A stretch of 64,000 nt of DNA from Neoechinorhynchus agilis (Eukaryota > Animalia > Acanthocephala). Of the stretch, positions 11,601-24,239 are shown piece after piece. A program made the translations under genes and the position numbers. Below the pieces are notes generated by a model. It ran no database searches. It was given only the letters and a program-made list of their open reading frames with translations, and was not told where the DNA came from. Numbering within the stretch: position 1 is the stretch's first letter; every line of letters starts with the position of its first letter. The stretch lies in the NCBI GenBank assembly GCA_051530055.1, contig CM121341.1:3755761-3819760 (forward strand), written 5' to 3'.

Positions 11601-13200
11601 ACGGTACGTCAGATGGGTTTTGGGATCAAAATCGAACTTTTATTGCTCTTTATATGAAAATCGGTGTTCTATGAATTGAGGGCGGCATTTTTCTATCTAA
11701 TTTTAAATACCTTTTCAATTATTGATCAAAAATCAATACGTCAGACGGGTTTTGGATCAAAATCGAACTTTTATTGCTCTTTATATGAAAATCGGTGTTC
11801 TATGAATTGAGGGCGGCATTTTTCTATCTAATTTTAAATACCTTTTCAATTATTGATCAAAAATCAATACGTCAGACGGGTTTTGGGATCAAAATCGAAC
11901 TTTTATTGCTCTTTATATGAAAATCGGTGTTCTATGAATTGAGGGCGGCATTTTTCTATCTAATTTTAAATACCTTTTCAATTATTGATCAAAAATCAAT
12001 ACGTCAGACGGGTTTTGTGATCAAAATCGAACTTTTATTATTCTTCTTATGAACATTTTGCTTACTGCCACGATTAAAAATTGAAAACGTTCAGGAAGTT
12101 TCATTATAATTGCATCGATGTTCTATGAATTGAGGGCGGCCTTTTTCTATCTAATTTTAAATGCCTTTTCAATTATCGATCAAAAATCAATACGTCAGAC
12201 GGGTTTTGTGATCAAAATCGAACTTTTGTTATTCTTCTTATGAAAATTTTGTTTACTGCCACGATTAAAAATTGAAAACGTTCAGGAAGTTTCATTATAA
12301 TTGAATCGATGTTCTATGAATTGAGGGCGGCATTTTTCTATCTAATTTTAAATACCTTTTCAATTATCGATCAAAAATCAATACGTCAGACGGGTTTTGT
12401 GATCAAAATCGAACTTTTTTTATTCTTCTTATGAAAATTTTGCTTACTGCCACGATTAAAAATTGAAAACGTTCAGGAAGTTTCATTATAATTGAATCGA
12501 TGTTCTATGAATTGAGGGCGGCATTTTTCTATCTAATTTTAAATACCTTTTCAATTATCGATCAAAAATCAATACGTCAGACGGGTTTTGTGATCAAAAT
12601 CGAACTTTTTTTATTCTTCTTATGAAAATTTTGCTTACTGCCACGATTAAAAATTGAAAACGTTCAGGAAGTTTTTTTATAATTGAATCGATGTTCTATG
12701 AATTGAGGGCGGCATTTTTCTATCTAATTTTAAATGCCTTTTCAATTATCGATCAAAAATCAATACGTCAGACGGGTTTTGTGATCAAAATCGAACTTTT
12801 GTTATTCTTCTTATGAAAACTATCCTTATTGCCACGATTAAAAATTGAAAACGTTCAGGAAGTTTCATTATAATTGAATCGGTGTTCTATGAATTGAGGG
12901 CGGCATTTTTCTATCTAATTTTAAATACCTTTCCAATTATCGATCAAAAATCAATACGTCAGACGGGTTTTGTGATCAAAATCGAACTTTTGTTATTCTT
13001 CTTATGAAAATTTTGTTTACTGCCACGATAAAAAATTGAAAACGTTCAGGAAGTTTCATTATAATTGAATCGGTGTTCTATGAATTGAGGGCAGCATTTT
13101 TCTATCTAATTTTGAATACGATCTTATTCTTATCGATCAAAAATCAATGCGTCGAAGGTGTTTTGCGATCAAAATCGAACTTTTATTACTCTTAATTTGA
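11600..13200. repeat. Tandem satellite: about 3 units of 131 bp then about 5-6 units of 191 bp
   Basis: TACGTCAGA motif at about 11606, 11737, 11868, 12000, 12191, 12382, 12573, 12764 and 12955. Confidence 0.95.
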
Positions 13201-14249
13201 AAATTTTGCATACTACAATGATGAAAAATCGAAAACAAATTTTATCACTCGATTCCAGAGATTTCTCTTTAATTGCATCTCTGCTCTGGGAATAAAATGC
13301 GACATTTTTGCTGTGCTGGGAATTGACTTCCCTTCTACAAAAAACCGAATTTTTATTAATACTTCTCTGAAGAGTACGTTCTGTAAAAATTAAATCTGTA
13401 ATTAAGCGCTCAAGTCATCTCCTGATTCCTTTCCCAACCCTTCTCCGTGCACTCCAAATTATTGTAAACGGGTCATTGTGCTTCATTGCGTTCTGTAGAC
13501 CTCCACAACTACGGGTGCCCTTTTTTAAAACTTTTAATGATAAACTATGTAAATTGTTTTTTAAAATTAAACTTCGATGGTGACCCTTTTCAGCCATTTT
13601 CGCATAAATTATTTTTATCGGGTGTAGTCTTCAGTTTTTAGAATACTATGTACGAAGGCCTCGAACAATTCGGTCTTGAGCCGAACATATAAGATATCCC
13701 CAACGGAAAATGACCAATTAGAAGCAAAACGTTTGGTAAAGGAACTTGAATCCTTATTGGACTTTTGCGCTATGTAGTATTGTAATTAATTATGCATGGT
13801 TATCATATTACTGTAAGGCAATAGTATTTACTGAGGGACGCGTATGATTCCGCGCCTCCATCACGAACAAGTGCTCAAGGCAATCGGAACGTGGAATCGA
13901 CAAGTGAAGCGCCGGGTTTGCGAAGTGCACGGAATAGGAGGACACCGAGGAGACCGTACGACGAGTACTTTTTAGGGAGGAGAATGTGTTACGTCAGAAA
14001 CTAATCGATTCCCATATATACACAACGAATGTTGTTTTTGGTCTTTTAGATTAGAAATTATGAGTTCTGGTAGTGCAGAGGACTTCGTATAGTCAACATT
14101 CGTAGGTCACCAAGCATGGCACTGGTCGCTGGGTCGTTCTTTATTTTCAAAAATCCCACAAAAGAAACGTATCAAGAGAGGTTCGTCAACGTCCTCTCTC
14201 TCGTCAACGTTTAAAAACGTACCATTAGTTCGTCATCAACGATACGATC

Positions 14250-14790
14250 TACGTCGCCACGCATCATCGAATATTTTCTTTGTCACACGATCAACGCCGT
14301 TATAGGATCTAACGTCGTAAACAATTGCAAACAAATCTGTGAGCATCAACGTCGTCAATCATCATCGAATATTTTCTTTGTCATACCATCAACGCCGTCA
14401 TAAGATCTAACGTCGTAAACAATTGCAAACAAATCTGTGAGCATCAACGTCGTCACACATCATCGAATATTTTCTTTGTCATACCATCAACGCCGTCATA
14501 ATATCTAACGTCGTAAACAATTGCAAACAAATCTGTGAGCATCAACGTCGTCACACATCATCGAATATTTTCTTTGTCACACGATCAATGCCATCATAAG
14601 ATCTAACGTCGTAAACAATTGCAAACAAATCTGTGAGCATCAACGTCGTCACACATCATCGAATATTTTCTTTGTCACACGATCAACGCCGTCATAAGAT
14701 CTAACGTCGTAAACAATTGCAAACAAATCTGTGAGCATCAACGTCGTCACACATCATCGAATATTTTCTTTTTCTTTGTCACACGATCAT
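14250..14790. repeat. Tandem repeat, about 98-bp unit, about 5.5 copies
   Basis: CATCATCGAATATTTTCTTTGTCA recurs about every 98 bp. Confidence 0.95.
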
Positions 14791-14846
14791 ACCTTGCTCA
14801 CTTTTATCTTTCTGCCATCCTTCCTAATTAAGAAATACGGATTCGA

Positions 14847-15672
14847 ATGGCCGTCCTGTCATATGTCGATTTTTACATTGTCCTAACCGACTCGGATGAC
14901 TGTTGCCACTCGCCCTTCCTGTTGATTACTCACGACTTAATCAAATATAGACAACCAAGTGAATTTCAATGTTTTTCTGGCGAAGCCACAGGCAGCGTAC
15001 GGGACCACTGCGTTTCTATGCAGACACGCGGTGATGGCAGACTGAAGGTATTATTGTCGGATGGTCCAAAGTTACAGATTATGTACGATTGGGAAGTTGG
15101 GGTGAGATAATGGTTGTAGTGTTGTATCCTACCAGAGGTACGTTTTTATCCTCGGAACCCCGGAACCTTGCAAACTATTTGCCCAAGTACGTCACGAAAT
15201 ACGATATTGGTACATTTCGATTGCATGATGTAGAAGCGATTCACGAAGGGTTGAACTTTGCATTCAAATCGAATGATGATGTCGCTGCCGACTTTGGTAC
15301 AGTCAAAGCGTCCACGGTGATTCACGAATGCTTTCCACGTGCCACGCCTTAATCACAACGAAGATAATATGGAAATGGTAGATAGGATTACCAAATTGAT
15401 CATAAACATTGCCAATGATTGGAAAATCCTATGGATATGCCACGGTACCACCGCTGGTTCTACCGAATGACTTTCAAAATGATCAACACAGCACGTTAAT
15501 CGGTACAGTCTTTAATAAAGGAAAGGCAGTAGATCCCAATTACACGGCTATAACCCCCTTCGGCCACCCGGAGATGGGAGATAAGTTAGCAAAATGGTAT
15601 ATCGGCAGCAAAATATGTAAGTTCCAAGAAAGAGACGACGAGCCGAGCTCTGACAGAGCAATCAAGAGATAA
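14847..15672 (+). pseudogene. Degraded coding-like stretch, possibly an HUH/Helitron Rep remnant
   Basis: Consecutive broken ORFs contain SMQTRG and LANYLPKYVTK (YxxKY-like); no intact HUH motif. Confidence 0.2.
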
Positions 15673-15884
15673 AACGCATAGCAGTGAAGAGTGAACGCGG
15701 ATCACGTGAAACATAACGACTAATCCTTCAAAAATCGGTCAAAAATTCTAGTTCGAAACTAGGAGAATTCTGCTAGCAAAAATTATTAGAGCAAATCTTT
15801 AAAATGCTCAAATTAAAGTATTGATTTCAACCTTAATTAAGCGTAGATAACTTCTTAATTAAAGTGAGATATTCAAATCCAAAT

Positions 15885-17781
15885 TTTCGTCAAAAACATT
15901 TACTTACATGCCAAGTTTAGCAAGCCGCAACGCTCGATTCTCTCGAAATCATTACCAAGAAGATTGTTCGCGTTAACAGTGAAATGAAAAGTGAGTATAA
16001 AACTTTGAACTCCATGTTCTCAACATCTTTTCTTTTAGTGATGAGAAAACTCTTTTGCCTTAAGCAAAGAAATCATTCAAAACAACGAATAATTGAGAAT
16101 GCTGAAAACATAAACGAAACGTAAAAATTACAAGGTTTTCGTCGGATATCCCAAACAGTCTTAAAATGCTTCTGTGGTCCTAAGTTGAAGGAAAACGAAA
16201 AGGATTTGGTAAATGACGACGAAAAACACACAAAGGAGTTGATAAAAAAAGTGGATATTCTTAAAATTGATGTTTACAGCAACAATAAAGAAAATAAAAT
16301 TCAGAATACAAGGACGTGGCAAGGAGTACCAAGATCCAAATTTGCATCAAAAACATTTACTTACATCTCAAGTTTAGCAAGCCGCAACGCTCGATTCTCT
16401 CGAAATCATTACCAAGAAGATTGTTCGCGTTAACAGTGAAATGAAAAGTGAGTATAAAACTTTGAACTGCATGTTCTCAACATCTTTTCTTTTAGTGATG
16501 AGAAAACTCTTTTGCCTTAAGCAAAGAAATCATTCAAAACAACGAATAATTGAGAATGCTGAAAACATAAACGAAACGTAAAAATTACAAGGTTTTCGTC
16601 GGATATCCCAAACAGTCTTAAAATGCTTCTGTGGTCCTAAGTTGAAGGAAAACGAAAAGGATTTGGTAAATGACGACGAAAAACACACAAAGAAGTTGAT
16701 AAAGAAAGTGGATATTCCTAAAATTGATGTTTACAGCAACAATAAAGAAAATAAAATTCAGAATACAAGGACGTGGCAAGGAGTACCAAGATCCAAATTT
16801 GCATCAAAAACATTTACCTATATCTCAAGCTTAGAATGCCGAAATGCTCGAGTCTCTCGAAATCATTACCAAGATGATTGTTCGCGTAAACAGTGAAATG
16901 AAAAGTGAGTATAAAACTTTGAACTCCATGTTCTCAACATCTTTTCTTTTAGTGATGAGAAAACTCTTTTGCCTTGAGCAAAGAAATCATTCAAAACAAC
17001 GAATAATTGAGAATGCTGAAAACATAAACGAAACGTAAAAATTACAAGGTTTTCGTCGGATATCCCAAACAGTCTTAAAATGCTTCTGTGGTCCTAAGTT
17101 GAAGGAAAACGAAAAGGATTTGGTAAATGACGACGAAAAACACACAAAGAAGTTGATAAAGAAAGTGGATATTCCTAAAATTGATGTTTACAGCAACAAT
17201 AAAGAAAATAAAATTCAGAATACAAGGACGTGGCAAGGAGTACCAAGATCCAAATTTGCATCAAAAACATTTACCTATATCTCAAGCTTAGAATGCCGAA
17301 ATGCTCGAATCTCTCAGAAATCATTACCAAGATGATTGTTCGCGTAAACAGTGAAATGAAAAGTGAGTATAAAACTTTGAACTCCATGTTCTCAACATCT
17401 TTTCTTTTAGTGATGAGAAAACTCTTTTGCCTTAAGCAAAGAAATCATTCAAAACAACGAATAATTGAGAATGCTGAAAACATAAACGAAACGTAAAAAT
17501 TACAAGGTTTTCGTCGGATATCCCAAACAGTCTTAAAATGCTTCTGTAGTCCTAAGTTGAAGGAAAACGAAAAGGATTTGGTAAATGACGACGAAAAACA
17601 CACAAAGGAGTTGATAAAAAAAAGTGGATATTCTTAAAATTGATGTTTACAGCAACAATAAAGAAAATAAAATTCAGAATACAAGGACGTGGCAAGGAAT
17701 ACCAAGATCCAAATTTGCATCAAAAACATTTACCTATATCTCAAGCTTAGAATGCCGAAATGCTCGAGTCTCTCGAAATCA
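15885..17781. repeat. Tandem repeat, 457-bp unit, about 4.1 copies
   Basis: Repeated ORFs at 16185, 16642 and 17099 (457 apart); two sequence subtypes. Confidence 0.97.
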
Positions 17782-18099
17782 TGCATAAAAGAGCACAACG
17801 ACAACTATTTCCAAATCACGAATTAGGGTGCACATTTTATTCGACGTTGAGTGAAAACGTGAAAAAACGAAAGAAACGCACTTTTAATTTTTGAAACGTC
17901 GATCGCGTTACGTCCATAATCAAAGTGTTGATTTCTTTACTAACGACTTAATGGGTAAATTTGTGTATTTTTTAATTTTGTTGATTCAATTTTCAAAGAA
18001 ATGGCTAAAGGTGTTAAATGTAATTGATAAAGTTTGGAACACGATTTTAACTGCTCTTTTAAAGTATCTCTTTAAAGACAATTAAATCTCTAATGAATT

Positions 18100-18330
18100 A
18101 AGACATGATCCCAAATAAATATTTGCCTGGATGGATTGAGGTGGAGGATGTGGAAGACGTAATTCAGCAACGAAGGATCAAAAGGAGCGAGAAAGTAAAA
18201 ATGGAATTCGGTACACATCTTCGAATTAGTGGAAATGGAGATCGAGGGAACTAGGAGGCGAGGCAGACCCAAAAAAAGGTGGAAAGACGCAGTTGCAGAG
18301 GACAAACGGTCGAGAGAGATGATGAACTAT
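18100..18330 (+). mobile_element. RTE-like LINE C-terminal fragment
   Basis: Translates to VEMEIEGTRRRGRPKKRWKDAVAED, the typical RTE/Jockey ORF C-terminus. Confidence 0.65.
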
Positions 18331-18925
18331 GTTTGATTGAACATTTTTGTGCGACCTCGAAAAGGGATAAACACGAAAAAAGAAGAATTTAAAAAATTTT
18401 CTTATCGAAATTCACAGTCCATTATTTTCCGGATCTAATTCTGCAGAAAGCCTTCTCCGGTACAATCCGTTTGTGCTCGGAAAAGTGATTTCAGGAGCAG
18501 CACCGCAATCAGTGACGTAATTGAACCGTTTATTAATTTGTATTGATTTATGGTAAAGTTTGATATTGTTCCATCGTTCTTATGGTTTTCTTGGTTAGAC
18601 TTTCTTAGATAGATTTGAACCTCTCTGGCCGTTTTTTTCGTTGAATTTCTCGTTATTAGTAAGTCTAGAGTTTTATTGTTAGTAGGAGTTCTTTTGCATA
18701 CATCCCGAGTTCATTAAAAGAATTCCCCTCTTACCAACGGACTTGCCTTTCACTTATAGTCGCCTGCAGTTCCAAATACGGCTGGCTTTTGTCATTATTG
18801 TCAATAAGGCTCAGGGAAAGTCGCTCAAGTGATCGGGTATTCACTCACCATCGTTACGATTTCCCAAGGACAATTATATGTTGCCTGTTCGTAGGGTCAT
18901 TTGTTTACTTACGTTCGATTGGGAA

Positions 18926-19735
18926 ATGTTTGAACAAACTTTGTTTACAAACAAATTCGAAAAACTACAACTGGAAAAACCGGTTATATAAAGGCGAGTC
19001 CCATGATGTGGCATCCACAAAGAAAGCACAATCACCAATTTTAAGATGGGTTATAGCGAACGCTTTAGAAGTTGTCGCCCAAAAGTTTCACCTTCGTATT
19101 TATTCGTAACTTAGATGTTTGAACAAACTTTGTTTACAAACAAATTCCGAAATGAACTACAACTGGAAAAACCGGTTATATAAAGGCGAGTCCCATGATG
19201 TGGCATCCACAAAGAAAGCACAATCACCAATTTTAAGATGGGTTATAGCGAACGCTTTAGAAGTTGTCGCCCAAAAGTTTCACCTTCGTATTTATTCGTA
19301 ACTTAGATGTTTGAACAAACTTTGTTTACAAACAAATTCCGAAATGAACTACAACTGGAAAAACCGGTTATATAAAGGCGAGTCCCATGATGTGGCATCC
19401 ACAAAGAAAGCACAATCACCAATTTTAAGATGGGTTATAGCGAACGCTTTAGAAGTTGTCGCCCAAAAGTTTCACCTTCGTATTTATTCGTAACTTAGAT
19501 GTTTGAACAAACTTTGTTTACAAACAAATTCCGAAATGAACTACAACTGGAAAAACCGGTTATATAAAGGCGAGTCCCATGATGTGGCATCCACAAAGAA
19601 AGCACAATCACCAATTTTAAGATGGGTTATAGCGAACGCTTTAGAAGTTGTCGCCCAAAAGTTTCACCTTCGTATTTATTCGTAACTTAGATGTTTGAAC
19701 AAACTTTGTTTACAAACAAATTCCGAAATGAACTA
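18926..19735. repeat. Tandem repeat, 192-bp unit, about 4.2 near-identical copies
   Basis: Identical ORFs at 19119, 19311 and 19503. Confidence 0.97.
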
Positions 19736-19738
19736 TGT

Positions 19739-20330
19739 CCCATTTTCAATCAAATCTGAAATAGGACTCGCACATCACTCTCTCCCTCAAACGCAATGCC
19801 TTTAGAGTTTATCGCATCGAACGCCTCCCCCATTTAGGAGTCTCTTTGCCCGATTGCAACCTGTCCAAATTACAAATCCGTCGCCTTGAAACGTTTCATA
19901 GAACAGCCTCTAAAATTTGCGCGCCTTTATAGAATTTTCAAAAAAAACAAACAAAGCGCCTCTCAACCCTACCACCATAATTTTTACCATACTCTCCATT
20001 CAGAACCTCGGATTTATTCGTATTAAACCAATACGTTTAAATTTATTTGTCTTTTTGAACTTACGAGCATAACACTCGTAATACCAATTCATTTCGTCCT
20101 CCCTTGACCTCGCACCTCCCTATACCTACGCTCCTTTTTCCATGCGGCCCAATCTTCTCTCGGATATCATAACTTGAAATGATTCTGAGGAAAGACCAAC
20201 CTTACAAGTTCTCCTGCAAACCATAACCAACAATTCCCACGAGAGCGGCCCTTCCAACTCGACCGGGTATTCCCACCCGGACGAACCCGTAATCCACTCA
20301 TCTGAACCCAAGTATTTTTAGGACGCATAT
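19739..20330 (+). mobile_element. L2/CR1-like LINE 3' fragment
   Basis: Homologous to the 3' portions of the 33.2k and 40.9k RT-bearing copies; ends near a CCGGGT-attccc-ACCCGG hairpin. Confidence 0.7.
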
Positions 20331-21748
20331 CTCAAAGCTACAATTGATACAAACATCTATTTGAATAATTCATTTGAGATTTTGCCCTTAATCTTTGTTT
20401 TAAATCGATTTTTATGCCTTAAAAAGTAAACACGCATTTGAGGTTGCTATTCCCCTCACGAGTTACGCCAAAATCAAGGCGAACCAATTTATCGACATTT
20501 GCTTGCGAAATTTAAAATAATTTACTAAAAAGTATCAAGATTTTGGTCGTGACGTTATTCTTAAAAAGCAAATGATTAAGAACGCCGTATATTTTGTAAT
20601 TCAACTTTACCAATTTTACTCAACTGACTTAACAATACAAAATCTATTCAATTACCTTTAACGAACAATCTTGAAGTATTTATTCGTTTTCTCGTGTCAT
20701 TATTTTTAAAATTTGAAGTCCTTAATAAGCGTGGACCATGAAAGTTTGACGTTTCGCTTCGTAAATTGCTTGCATATCGTAATTAATTAGTTTTTTTCCA
20801 GGTCCCATTAATTGAACAGCGAGGCATTGACGGTGGAACAGGACTTTGCAACTAGGACATTGAAAGCCATTCTAAACGTGCGGCGTAGACGGAACTAAGA
20901 TGTGTTGTGAAAAAAATAACTAGCGGGCCATTTAAAATTTTATCCTTAATACCAACTGTATTGTTTTCACAGTCTAAACCAACCTCATTTATTTTACAGA
21001 TTAGATAGCTAGGAATCGCCAAAGGAATCAGCGAAGTTATTAAAAGCATTTTCACTTCAAATAAAACTGTGCTAATTTTAAGTATTTTCGAACCTTAAAA
21101 ATTCGCGGATATTAGCGTTTCAATGCGACTTACCTGGAATTAAAAAGGTTTAAAAAGTTGAAATTCAAACTTATCGTCTCCAACCGTTCATTTGAAAGTT
21201 CGATAGGAAAACAAAGGTTTATCTTAGCACCATTGCTTTATTTATAAAGCTTTTTGCATTATCACATTCCCACAAATTCTTTTTCTCAATTCGAATTATT
21301 TTAATTTTATTATAAATTGCCGGGCGTTAAATATTTCAATAATTACATTGCAGTTTGTAATCTACCCAAATGTTTTACACTCCTTTACAAAATGACTTGT
21401 GATTAATACTTTCAAACCTAGGGAAGATGCAAGTAAAAAGAACATTTCTAAATATATCAACTGGAATTATCAAGCATCGCCCAGACAACAAAATAGTCTA
21501 TTTTTTGAAGTAAAGAATAATTGAACTTAGTGCGAATGTTATTTCAGCATTCACTTTATTAAAGTATGCCAGTTATTTCTTTGTAAGTTATCCGAAATAT
21601 ATATTTATCAATTAATTCTTTAAAGTCACGACGAAATGATTCTCGCTTGAATACATAAAATCTTTCAGTTTTAACTCAATAACAAAATTCTCAGCCGGCT
21701 CAAAGACAAAGAACTTTTTTGAAAGTATCGATACTTCAGTTAATACTC

Positions 21749-23680
21749 TTAGAGATCGTAAATTAGTTCAATACTTGTATTATACATTTTTATTGTTTGC
21801 AAAGATTGATGATCCTTGAAAGGTTTATTGTGAAATTGGCGTATCGGATTGCTGGAAATATTAAGAATTTTTAGACTTCTGAGATCGGACAAGTGATGGG
21901 ATGGAAATAGCGAGAATCCATTATTTGCCATACGAAGGTAAATGAGTCTATCAAGACCGTAAAATAAGTGAAAAACGTCAATATCTTTCAATTGATTATT
22001 GGCAAGGTCGAGCATTCTTAACAGGGGAGTATTTCTAAATGCGCGAGGAGCTATTTTCTCAATCCGATTGAACTGTAGACAAAGAAATTCAAGAGTTTTC
22101 AAGTCTTCGAAATCGTCGTAATTGATTGCCGATATCTCATTGTTACTCAAATCGACTGAGAACGCATTACCACGGATAAAGAGTCGAACATCTTGTATTC
22201 GGGTCAAGTTTTTTCCAGCAAGCGAAGTAAAATTTTCTGTATGATTATAGACTGTAATCACATCGTCTACACCAGCAGCTATTTGTATCGGTTCAGGTAT
22301 ATATCTGGCAAGACCGCGTAACGCAAAATATGTCTCCGTTCTGTTTCTAGGGTTATCGTATATTATAATAAAAAAAAAGGGATTATTTTTTACCAGACAA
22401 TAATCGATCGTTTTGGAACCCAGTCGATGTACATCAATGCCTGTCATAGGGGTGCCTGATACGTCCAAGTACCGTAAATGTTTAACGTTTTTAAAAACGC
22501 CATCATCGAAAACATAAAAATTAGTATTTGCTAATATGAGTTTTTGAAGTAATTCGTTGTTTCGAAAAATTCCCGTCGGAAGCAAGGTCAAATCGGAATT
22601 TTGTCCGAGATTAAGTACTTCAAGTTTTTTCAGTGGAAAAAATGCATCCTTGTATATCCGCACGATTCCGTTCGATGACATGTCCAATTGGATAACATTT
22701 GTCCACGAATCGAAGTAATTAGAGCGAATTATTCCTATACGATTTCTTTTTAGAATCAACGTTTTCGTCCGATTATTTCCACGTGGTACTTCTCCAAGAT
22801 TTGAGCCCAAAATCTTCACAACTTTGACTTTTGGCATTCTGGCTAGAATTGTTGAATTCAAACTGTGAGCGATTCCACCGTGTACAATAAATTCCTCCAT
22901 ATTTTCGAATTGAAATTCCTCTTCAAACAATTTGTTTAAATCTGCTCGGTATGAAAATTCCAAGATTTTAAGATTCTCTTGTTTTGCTAATTGACTCAAA
23001 TTGATCTCATTTAAAGGATTAGCATCGATCCGTATATTTTCCAGTCTTCTAAAATTGAATTCATTGGTTAGCACGAATCGTTGGATTAAATTATCCGACA
23101 AATCCAAAACCTTCAAACTTTTCATCTTCTCCACAACTTTGAGGCAATCATTACGCAAACCATTGCGCGACAGTTGTAATGATTGAAGATTGTAAAGATC
23201 TACATGCATATTCAAACCCAATCGCCACAGACTATTTATACTCAAATCGAGATCGTTCAAATTGTCAAAACCTTCAAACGCATCATCTTCGATATATCCA
23301 AATACTGCGTTTTGGATTTGAAGTCTTCTAGAATGCCTGAATTTATGTATAAAAGATTTCGTAATGGTAATACTCTCGTCTATATTCCTCCTGCAATATA
23401 TCGATACGTCCGCGACGTTTGGAAGGATGTGATCATAACTGCTTACAATGTCGTAGAAAAAGGCAAATTTTATTTTGATTCGGCTGATTGAACTGTTTCT
23501 TTCTATCTTATTCAAAACACTTGATAGTGAGTTGCTGGATCTAATTGTTGAGCTCACAATGTTCATTCCGTCGTATTTTGTGTATTGAAGCGACCATTCA
23601 TTATGCACATCATTACTATAGCAAAAGTCAAATCCGTGGATTAGAAAGAGTAAAGCTTTCACGGTGGACAAAAATACCAT
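21749..23680 (-). CDS. Extracellular leucine-rich repeat protein, copy 1 (643 aa, single exon)
   Basis: Hydrophobic N-terminal signal-like peptide; many LxxLxLxxNxL repeats (LNDLDLSINSL, LKVLDLSDNLI, LRMLDLANNQL); no TM helix visible. Confidence 0.9.
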   Translation of the reverse strand: MVFLSTVKALLFLIHGFDFCYSNDVHNEWSLQYTKYDGMNIVSSTIRSSNSLSSVLNKIERNSSISRIKIKFAFFYDIVSSYDHILPNVADVSIYCRRNIDESITITKSFIHKFRHSRRLQIQNAVFGYIEDDAFEGFDNLNDLDLSINSLWRLGLNMHVDLYNLQSLQLSRNGLRNDCLKVVEKMKSLKVLDLSDNLIQRFVLTNEFNFRRLENIRIDANPLNEINLSQLAKQENLKILEFSYRADLNKLFEEEFQFENMEEFIVHGGIAHSLNSTILARMPKVKVVKILGSNLGEVPRGNNRTKTLILKRNRIGIIRSNYFDSWTNVIQLDMSSNGIVRIYKDAFFPLKKLEVLNLGQNSDLTLLPTGIFRNNELLQKLILANTNFYVFDDGVFKNVKHLRYLDVSGTPMTGIDVHRLGSKTIDYCLVKNNPFFFIIIYDNPRNRTETYFALRGLARYIPEPIQIAAGVDDVITVYNHTENFTSLAGKNLTRIQDVRLFIRGNAFSVDLSNNEISAINYDDFEDLKTLEFLCLQFNRIEKIAPRAFRNTPLLRMLDLANNQLKDIDVFHLFYGLDRLIYLRMANNGFSLFPSHHLSDLRSLKILNISSNPIRQFHNKPFKDHQSLQTIKMYNTSIELIYDL

Positions 23681-24239
23681 CTAAGTTAGAGAGATGTAAA
23701 GAACTTTATGGTTTGCTTTTATATGCAAGGTGAATTTAGAGCGTCAAATTTGATGGATAACTTGTCAACGATCCTTCTAACGGTTTCATACCTTTACCCG
23801 TCTTAGTTAGAAGTGAAAAAGCATTGCACCATTTCTTTTTGTACATAAAAACTTAATTGAGTTTAGGCTTCTCTTTTGACAACGAAGACATTTCATGGTC
23901 CATTTAGATACCGCGAGGTTTTGTGATTTAGACCAACTACGATGATCGCTATCCAGACGTTCAGTATACAATGAACTACGTTGAATATCTTTGAATAAGT
24001 CCAAACGCGATGATGCTTTCATGTATCTTTGAATTAGTAGTGTCGCTTTTTTAAAAAGAACCTAACATTTTAAACTTGACTGGAGATGAAAACTACAGGA
24101 CCTAATTACGTCCCTTAAATTTGAAATAAACGGTTTGTGTCAAAGTTAATTTTATAGGTCTACGCAACTCGCACAAGTTCGTCGCTCATCGAATTCGGCC
24201 CTAGATCGAAGAAGATGGATGATGGCGATTCATTGAACA

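Noticed and set aside
13400-14050. Merlin/IS1595-like transposase remnant
   Set aside because: Only vague similarity (WNRQVKRRV); no DDE motif could be placed.
16185-19685. Repeated 60-88 aa ORFs in the 457-bp and 192-bp arrays
   Set aside because: Chance ORFs copied with the satellite units; non-ATG starts, variable ends, no recognisable motif.
11600-19735. CRISPR-like arrays
   Set aside because: Units repeat in full with no unique spacers, no cas genes are present, and the context is eukaryotic with introns.
21180-21748. Possible continuation of the LRR gene past its stop (LSRLRILLLS, IPVDIFRN, FRRDFKELI)
   Set aside because: Fragments lie in different frames with many stops and no usable splice donor before the stop.
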